Shown here piece by piece: positions 54,706 through 64,000 of a DNA stretch of 64,000 nt (positions are counted from its first letter, which is position 1; each line of letters starts with the position of its first letter). Source of the stretch: Eledone cirrhosa (Eukaryota); contig OZ024743.1 in the NCBI GenBank assembly GCA_964016885.1, positions 25,234,001 to 25,298,000 on the forward strand, written 5' to 3'. The notes beneath the pieces are model-generated. The model worked only from the letters and a program-made list of their open reading frames with translations, was not told where the DNA came from and did not search any database. The position numbers were made by a program, and so were the translations under genes.

Positions 54706-54963
54706 ATATATATAAATATATATTTATATATATATATAAGCCCGCCTCCCCTCCGGTAAAGAATGTCCACGTGACTTAGAAAGTTACCCTATTTGGCACA
54801 AGTCGGTGCAAGGTGTTTTTATGGAAGACGAGCAGTCACTCATGCATAACTTGAAATAATGTGTATTGCTCAAGAATACGACGCATCGCCTGGTTTGGAA
54901 ATCGAACTCCCAACTTTACGAATATGAACCCTACTCTCTAACTGCTAAGCTACTGACCTACCT

Positions 54964-55030
<67 letters not shown>

Positions 55031-55140
55031 TTGTATGTGTTTATGTGTGTGTGTACGTACAAATCTGGTTATCCCTATATATATACATACATTATACATA
55101 TATTACACATAAACACACACACACACACACGCACTCACAC

Positions 55141-55304
<164 letters not shown>

Positions 55305-55705
55305 CAATATATACGTTTCTTCTAACTTTTGTTCTAGCAGACAGATTAGAGTAAGAACATTGCTATGTTTGTTTTGAATTCGTCATAAAATGTTGTTAAT
55401 AACGAAATATTAAATCAAATCAATATTATTTTCTACACACTTTACATTGTTAAGTGGCTTTCACTCCCTTCTTATATTTATGAGCACGCTGATTGTTCAA
55501 GTCTAAATGCTTCACTTTACTGTCTATGCCATGTTTGACTTTCATGACTTGGGCCTCTTCATTCCCTGCCATGAAACATGACAGCTAATTGTTCATTCAT
55601 CTATCTACGCTTTTGTAACTACTTGTTGTAGGCAGACAAATGACATAATCACTCCTCTCTTCTCCCCACTTTGTCACCCTAATTGTCCACTACAATCTCT
55701 CTCCC

Positions 55706-55819
<114 letters not shown>

Positions 55820-55863
55820 CATATGTGTGTATATATATATATATATACGCACATATGTGTGTG

Positions 55864-55976
<113 letters not shown>

Positions 55977-55981
55977 GTGTA

Positions 55982-56097
55982 TGTAAAAGGTAAACAGAAA
56001 TAACAACACGATCGGTACAGTATATGGAAGGAATGTATTAACGCTTGAAATAACAGGAAGAGTGTCTTAACGTTTCGGACGCTAGTCCTTCATCTTG
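55982..56097 (-). mobile_element. PLE-like end with truncated minimal hammerhead
   Basis: GATGA-A-GGAC-TAGC-GTCC-GAAA-CG-TT; family also at 18500-18540 (-) and 62195-62315 (+). Confidence 0.65.
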
Positions 56098-56314
56098 TAA
56101 AATAAAGTGCCAGTCAATTACTAGATAATCAACTTATCTCTTCCTCAAAAGTGACGGCCTTGTGCTAGCGATTCCAAACATCTATTAATATAGGAGATAA
56201 GTGCTGGCAGTATATATAGAGTGATTTGCTGAATTCTCTGTATTTACCTTCATCCCTTCATATTATCATATCTTACTGATATCCAGTTTACTTTCCATTG
56301 CTTCGGATTTAATA

Positions 56315-56535
56315 GGGCGGTAGATTGGCAGTATCGGTAGAGTGTCAGACACCATGCCTTGCAGCATAGAGTTTCGCCATTTACAATCTGAGTTCAAATC
56401 CTGCCGAGTTTAGCTTTGCCTTTCATCCTTACGCGGTCGATAACATAAAGTACCAGTAATGCATTGGGGTCGATTTAATCGACTTTCCCCTCTCCTCAAA
56501 TTGCTGGCCTTGTGCCTATATTAGAAATAATTATT
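56315..56535 (+). mobile_element. tRNA-derived SINE (long variant, full length)
   Basis: GGGCGGTAGATTGGCAG head through the tail. Confidence 0.88.
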
Positions 56536-57025
56536 TCAGATTTAATGAACTATCACCACCACATATACTTGCATCGATTTAATTATTTATTCTTTCCCAT
56601 CAAATTCCTGACCTTCTGCCTATGTTATAATAATCTTTTTTTCTACAAAATATAAAAAACAATAGGTTTACAGTATTTATAATGTTAAGATGTTTAACCA
56701 TTTTTTGCTGTATTTCGTTGTGTTAACCTATATTCTGAGTTGAAGTTTCAGATCATGGTGATTGAAATTTCAGTTTCATCCATTAGCCGTAGTAATAATT
56801 AGTACCCGTCAAATACCATGTCCAATCTTCTCCCTCTCCTTTCACCAAATATGTGGTTTTACTCCATAGTTAATTTCTATTGTTATTTGAAAACAGGGGT
56901 GTTCGGTCTAATATAAATAACAGTCAAATATTTCTTAAATTAAACACTGCTGTCTTAGGAAAAAAAAAGTGAGTCTTTAGGTAAAATTGTTTCACATACA
57001 TTCAAATACATTATATTTCAAGTGA

Positions 57026-57202
57026 ATTGGCAGTATCGGTAGAGGCTCGGACATGCTTTCCAGCATAGTTACGTCCCTTTATGATCTGAGTTCAAATCCC
57101 GCCGAGGTTAACTTTGCCTTTCATCCATACAGAGTCGATAAAATAAAGTACCAGTAATGTACTGGTAATTGCTGGCCTTGTGCCAAAAGTAGAAACAATT
57201 AT
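57026..57202 (+). mobile_element. tRNA-derived SINE
   Basis: Consensus match. Confidence 0.88.
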
Positions 57203-57305
57203 ATTTCAAAAGAAATATTTTGGTTGGTTACGACTGCCAACATTTTGATAATAGGTTTTCTGCTTCACGAATGTCATTTGACTAAACAATAATAATATCA
57301 GAAAT

Positions 57306-57336
<31 letters not shown>

Positions 57337-57599
57337 GTAGCAGCAATAAGAACAACAACGACAAGAGTAGTGAAGCTTCAGTACAAGGCATGCTAACAAG
57401 GAAAAAAATCTAAAATTTTAGATATTTCAAACATTTTCTATAGAAGGAATGAAATGAAGGCATGCGAAGACCTCGTTATAACGAGAAAGATTCCATTGGA
57501 GTTGGTAGGTACAAAGAAAATTACATGCATTAAGTGTTTACTCGCTTTTCGGAGAGAAAATGGATTATCTGCTTGCACAAACATAAACACGCACGCATT

Positions 57600-57648
<49 letters not shown>

Positions 57649-57649
57649 T

Positions 57650-57697
<48 letters not shown>

Positions 57698-57901
57698 CAT
57701 ACAGACATACAGGCATACATATATACATACATACATGATGGCTGCCCCCTCGTTATCGAGTATGGCCATTGCATGATATACCATTATTAATAATTATTAA
57801 TTAATTCTATCGTGCAATGCTTGTGCATGAAGATATTTTTTAAAGTGTACATACATACATACATACATACATACATACATACATACATACATACATACAT
57901 A

Positions 57902-58280
57902 CATGGTGGCTGCCAACTCGTTTTCGAGTACGGCCACTACTTTATATCCATGTAGGAGAACCCCTACCGATGGGCTGAACGAGTGTGACTTTTTAGTCCA
58001 GCCAGCGACTTGAAAACTCTGGTACAAACACTACACTTATGACAATTATTGACGCATAGTGCTGGGCCCATGGTACCATGTGACGACAAGTGCAGAGAGA
58101 TCTCCAGATATAAAGCAATGCCTGTGTCGTGAAGCTTTTATAGTGAGCAAAGGCACTGCACAAAGCCAGTCCCACTCTCTTAACCAAGATGATATTTACC
58201 AAAAAGAAGAACAAGTTAACATCATTGGATACCATCAGGGTTGCAGGTGTTATATCAGAGTTTTCCTTCTCCTAGAATTC
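57902..58280 (-). mobile_element. RTE-like 3'-end element in (CATA)n, copy 3
   Basis: Homologous to 25745-26115. Confidence 0.75.
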
Positions 58281-58288
58281 ATACATAC

Positions 58289-58328
<40 letters not shown>

Positions 58329-58524
58329 GAAAAAAGGTAAAGAATTACTTCACTTGTAGTTCTAAACAATTTGATTTAATTTTATAATATTATAATATTA
58401 TATGTTGGTAGATATAGTAAGTTCTTTGTTAACTTCGGTGGAAAGATTTTTAAAGCTTCCTGGTTAATTTTCCTGGAGAACTTTCTCGCATTCGTCGGTG
58501 GCGATTGTCAATATATATATATAT

Positions 58525-58718
58525 AAGTTGTAACACAACAGTTAGTTCACCATACCGAGAACAATTGTTTCACCTTAGCTCGTACTGAGCTGAGGATCCG
58601 CTAAGGTGAAACAGTTGTTCTCAGTATGGTGAACTGACTGTTGTGTTACCACTTCTACATAACTTGTCCCATGGACTGAGTGCTCTACCACTACGGATAT
58701 TACCTTCCAGCAGTGATC
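58525..58718 (+). mobile_element. Fold-back PLE-like element with hammerhead
   Basis: Inverted arms 58525-58579 and 58600-58654; CTGAGTGC terminal motif. Confidence 0.75.
58583..58626 (+). ncRNA. Minimal type-I hammerhead motif
   Basis: TACTGAG-CTGAGGA-T-CC-GCTAA-GG-T-GAAA-CAGTTG-TT-CTCAGTA; 7-bp stem I; near-palindromic stem III. Confidence 0.75.
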
Positions 58719-58729
58719 TACCCCCCCCC

Positions 58730-58763
<34 letters not shown>

Positions 58764-59015
58764 TGTAAACTTACATAGATCAATAACTCAGTATACATAC
58801 AATGTATTATCACCATCTAGAAACGATCGCAAAGCAGTGAAGTATATCTCTAATGACTTGATTTTCTATTTCATTGTTTTAACTTATATCATGACTCTGT
58901 TTTCCTTTTAATGTTTTATTGTTTTCTGAGATTTATCTTAACCTACAACATTTTCAACATATGGATTACATTGAGTTCTTCATACAGAATAGACCCCACA
59001 ACTTACAGTGGATTC

Positions 59016-59807
<792 letters not shown>

Positions 59808-59823
59808 CACAACAGTGACATAA

Positions 59824-59873
59824 ACAGGTACTCAAGTTTCGTTGGGCTCTGGGCTCCAACTCATTCAGCCTGT
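59824..59873 (-). ncRNA. Minimal type-I hammerhead motif with 1-nt core insertion
   Basis: ACAGG-CTGAATGA-GTTGG...CCAAC-GAAA-C-TTGA-G-TA-CCTGT. Confidence 0.7.
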
Positions 59874-59973
59874 CCTACGGAGTGAGTGCTCTTGTTCTTG
59901 GATATTTCCACTTAACTTTTACTGCAGTATATCTATCTATCTATCTATATATATATATATATATATACATACA

Positions 59974-60113
<140 letters not shown>

Positions 60114-60219
60114 TGTATGTATATATATATATATATATATATACTGTATGTATGTATATATATATCAAGTAAGTATGTTTTGAAACAGTGAGCGAGTTTG
60201 AAATTAGAAAATATATAGC

Positions 60220-60271
60220 TGGAAAAAGATGAGTATTGACGTACATGTACGTCAATACTCATCTTTTTCCA
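60220..60271. repeat. Perfect 52-bp palindrome
   Basis: TGGAAAAAGATGAGTATTGACGTACA|TGTACGTCAATACTCATCTTTTTCCA inside a (TA)n-flanked insert (60167-60338). Confidence 0.95.
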
Positions 60272-60431
60272 TTTATCTGAGGGTTCTAAACCCCGTTATC
60301 AAGCTAAAATTCAAATTCAAATAAAATACGGTGAAAGTTATATATTATCTATATATATGTATATATATATATATATATTTACTGTATGTATATATGTATA
60401 TATATATATATATAGATATATATACTGTATG

Positions 60432-60532
<101 letters not shown>

Positions 60533-60711
60533 ACGAAGGAAATGTGGTAAGGAACCAGGTGGACCAAAGTACTCAATACTTGAGGTAGTAGAGTGGGTAA
60601 TAGGAACCAGTAAGACCCCGACAGCTGAGCTCAAGCCGTTTCGACGAATTCTGGACTCAATTAGCCGTCGAAACGGCTTGAGCTCAGCTGTCGGGGTCTT
60701 ACTGGTTCCTA
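60533..60711 (-). mobile_element. Hairpin PLE-like terminal fragment (homolog of 48337-48590)
   Basis: Perfect 46-bp arms 60601-60646 and 60666-60711; GAAACGGCT...AGCTGTC; TTGAGTAC. Confidence 0.75.
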
Positions 60712-60756
60712 TATATATATATATATATACTGTATGTATATATATATATACATACA

Positions 60757-60863
<107 letters not shown>

Positions 60864-61331
60864 ATGTGTGTTTGTGTGTGTTAGTGTATACTGTATATAA
60901 TGGTACTATATATGTTTATATATGTTTTCATATACACCACTATTATGCTTAAACGCTGTTTTAGTGCTACCACCAAATATAACCAGGCAAGCTCACTCTA
61001 TATGCAAATGATCATTACCAGCCGATGTTTTGTATATGCTACATGCAAACTGATCATCACACACAATTCTATATAGACGATAGTCCACTGCATGCTAATC
61101 CATTTTCAGTTAGTGTCACTGATGAAAAATTAACAAATCTTGAAAGAGTGCCGTCTCATATTCTTAGAAAGTAAAAACAAATCTGTGATATGTTCAGAGA
61201 GGAAAGTTGAGAAAAATAATTTCTTTTCGTTTTCTTATGAAAACATATTTTTCTTCGGTGTGTTTATTTATATAAATGTATTATATATGTTCATATATCT
61301 TATCATAAATATCGCTATTATGTTTAAACGC

Positions 61332-61503
61332 TATCGGTAGAGGGTCGGGTGCCATGCTTTACAGCATAGTTACGCCCCCTTATGGGCTGAGTCCAAATCC
61401 CGCCGAGCTTAACTTTGTCTTTCATCCTAACGGAGTCGATAAAATAAAGTACCAGTAAAACACTGGCTAATTGCTGGCCTTGTGCCAAAAGTAGAAACAA
61501 TTA
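61332..61503 (+). mobile_element. tRNA-derived SINE
   Basis: Consensus match. Confidence 0.82.
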
Positions 61504-61598
61504 TGTTTAAACACACACAAACACACACACACACATATATATATATATATGTATATATATATTTATATATATATATGTATATATATATCTATATATAT

Positions 61599-61724
<126 letters not shown>

Positions 61725-62194
61725 ATATACATTTATTGCAAAGAAAAACAGTTCCGTTGAAAATGGCTACTTTACACGCAACACGTTCCTTGTCACGTGG
61801 TGATAACGATTCCCCCACCCCATCCAATAACCGTATGTATATCGTGCCTATAAATAAATAGAGAGGAAAAATAAGGAAAAACAACTGATATTTTTTCATA
61901 AAAACATATAAAAAATAAAAAAACAAATGTTCATCATCATCGCCACACACACACACACACACACATACGCATATATATATACGCGCACACAAACATTTAC
62001 AGACACATATAGAGAGTTGATTGTTTACACATAAGCCCGTCAGAATGATACTTGGACCCACACCTATGATCAGATAAACTATCCTGATAAATGCCTCCTG
62101 AGCAGTAAATCTCCAAAATGTCTGCTTGTATACGCACGCCTGTATCTTTCTCATTTTCCCGTTCTTTCCTCTTCTCACTCTTTATCTGTTTTAT

Positions 62195-62315
62195 CAACTG
62201 GTAAAGGACTAGTGTCCGAAACGTTGAGACAATTTTCCTGTTATTTCAAGCGTTAAACTAATACATTTATTCAAAGTACTGTGTCGTTTGTTGTTACTTA
62301 TTTTTACATTTTACA
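62195..62315 (+). mobile_element. PLE-like end with degenerate minimal hammerhead
   Basis: CTGGTAA-A-GGAC-TAGT-GTCC-GAAA-CG-TT-GAGA; 3' tail homologous to the reverse complement of 55982-56070. Confidence 0.65.
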
Positions 62316-62363
62316 TGCATACATACATACATACATATATATATATATGTATTTGTATGTATG

Positions 62364-62420
<57 letters not shown>

Positions 62421-62553
62421 GTATGGGTGCGTGTGTGTGTGTGCGTGCGTGCATATATCTGTGCGTTTGTCTTTGCATTTGCATGCATATGTAAGTATTT
62501 CTGTATGCATACATTTACACACATATTTTCAAAAGAGCGAGCGAGAGAGAGAA

Positions 62554-62634
<81 letters not shown>

Positions 62635-63514
62635 AGAGAGAGCGATAGAGATAGAGAGAGAGACAGAGAGAATATTAACTGTGAAAGAGAAACATAATGG
62701 GGGGTATATATTATTCTATCACCGTTTCGCTCTATCTGTGTTTCTCGTTTGTCAGTAGGTATTCTATTCCTCCGTTTTCCTTTCCTGGTTGGATCAATTT
62801 CTGTTGATTTTGCTTTGCTTTTTCTTTTACTTTTATATCTCCCTATTTGTCTCTCATTCTCTTTCGTCCGGCACACTCTAATTCCTTGTCCACTTCTCTG
62901 CATCATTTTCTTTCTCCACTTTCATTATTGATGGAGTTCGCTCAAATATTTAACGGTGTCTTTTCTTATCAACCTCTCTTTAGAAACACATGAAATACAT
63001 ACGCCATTTTGTAATTTTTCTTGCTTTTTCTTCCTTCCGTAATGCAGTTTCACTTTTATATAATTTAGGTATTTCTTGCTTATTTACTTTTGCCCTCTTT
63101 CTTCCTTACCTCATACTGATGCATCTTTTTGCTTGCTTTTCCGTTTTTTTTTTATTTCTTCTCATCACGTTCCAATTTTTCCTATTGAAAATAGAAAAAA
63201 CTAATATAAGAAATTAATATTATCAGTATCTGAATTTGTCTTTATCTTTCAGCTGCCCGTTTTGAGAAAATACTTACCAGTCATATTCAAAGGTCAAGAT
63301 TATTGACTATACTTAATCTCTTATAATGTGGGCCCTTGTGGTCTATATTAGACATCTTTAAGGCACTTTATTTTATGAGTTCCAATCGGAGTTCATTTTG
63401 ACTTTCATCTTGATGGGGTTGTAAGTGCCAGTGAAGTACTGCGATCAATGTAAATGACTGTTCTGCTTCAGCCCAACATTTTTGGCTTTTTGTCAACAAT
63501 CAGGAACTATTATT

Positions 63515-64000
63515 GGATTGGCAGTATCGGTAGAGGGTCGCACGCCATGCTTTGACGCATAGAGTTACGGCCCTTGCCATTCTGAGTTCAAATCCCGCCG
63601 AGGTTAACTTTGCCTTTCATCCTTACGGGGGTCGATAAAATAAAGTACCAGTAATGCACTGGATAATTGCTGGCCTTGTGCCTAAAAGTAGAAACAATTA
63701 TTATTATAATTGGCAGTATCGGCAGAGGGTTGGACACCATGCTTTGCAGCATAGAGTTACGGCCCTTTGCGTTATGAGTTTAAATCCCGCCGAGGTTAGC
63801 TTTGCTTTTCTTCCTTATAGGGTCGATAAAATAAAGTACCAGTCACGCACTGGGACCGATTTGATCGACTGCCCCTCCCCCAAATTGCCGGCCTTGTGCC
63901 TATATAAGAAACCATTATTATTGGCAGTATCGGTAGAGCGTCGGACACCATATTTTGCAGCATAGAGTTACATCCCTTTGAGGTATTAGTTCAAATCCCG
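63515..64000 (+). mobile_element. Three head-to-tail SINE copies (last cut by the window edge)
   Basis: Heads TTGGCAGTATCGG at about 63518, 63710 and 63921. Confidence 0.88.

Noticed and set aside
61113-61160. CTGATGA...GAAA spacing
   Set aside because: Stems I-III do not pair properly; likely chance.

Overview
AT-rich, microsatellite-saturated eukaryotic non-coding DNA. The SINE family, the RTE-type tails, the TTAA MITE and the dense (TA)n/(CA)n/(CATA)n tracts resemble an octopus-type cephalopod genome; this is an inference. I see no intact host protein-coding gene, and nearly all ORF-track entries are simple-repeat artefacts. Recognisable content: about 20 copies of a tRNA-derived SINE, a Helitron helicase remnant, a non-autonomous Helitron, a Chapaev-3-like (CMC) transposon, a Tigger/pogo transposon, RTE and CR1-like LINE fragments, and three adjacent ~40-bp minisatellite arrays (33.5-42.3 kb). 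The most notable signal is a set of short elements from several unrelated families sitting in (TA)n tracts. Many carry complete or partial type-I hammerhead ribozyme folds (CUGANGA...GAAA...UH), many are fold-back palindromes, many share a terminal YGAGTRC motif, and in at least two cases the flanking host DNA is duplicated in inverted orientation around them. They fit Penelope-like element (PLE) pseudo-LTRs or non-autonomous ribozyme-bearing retroelements. All folds and alignments were done by eye, and repeat boundaries are approximate.
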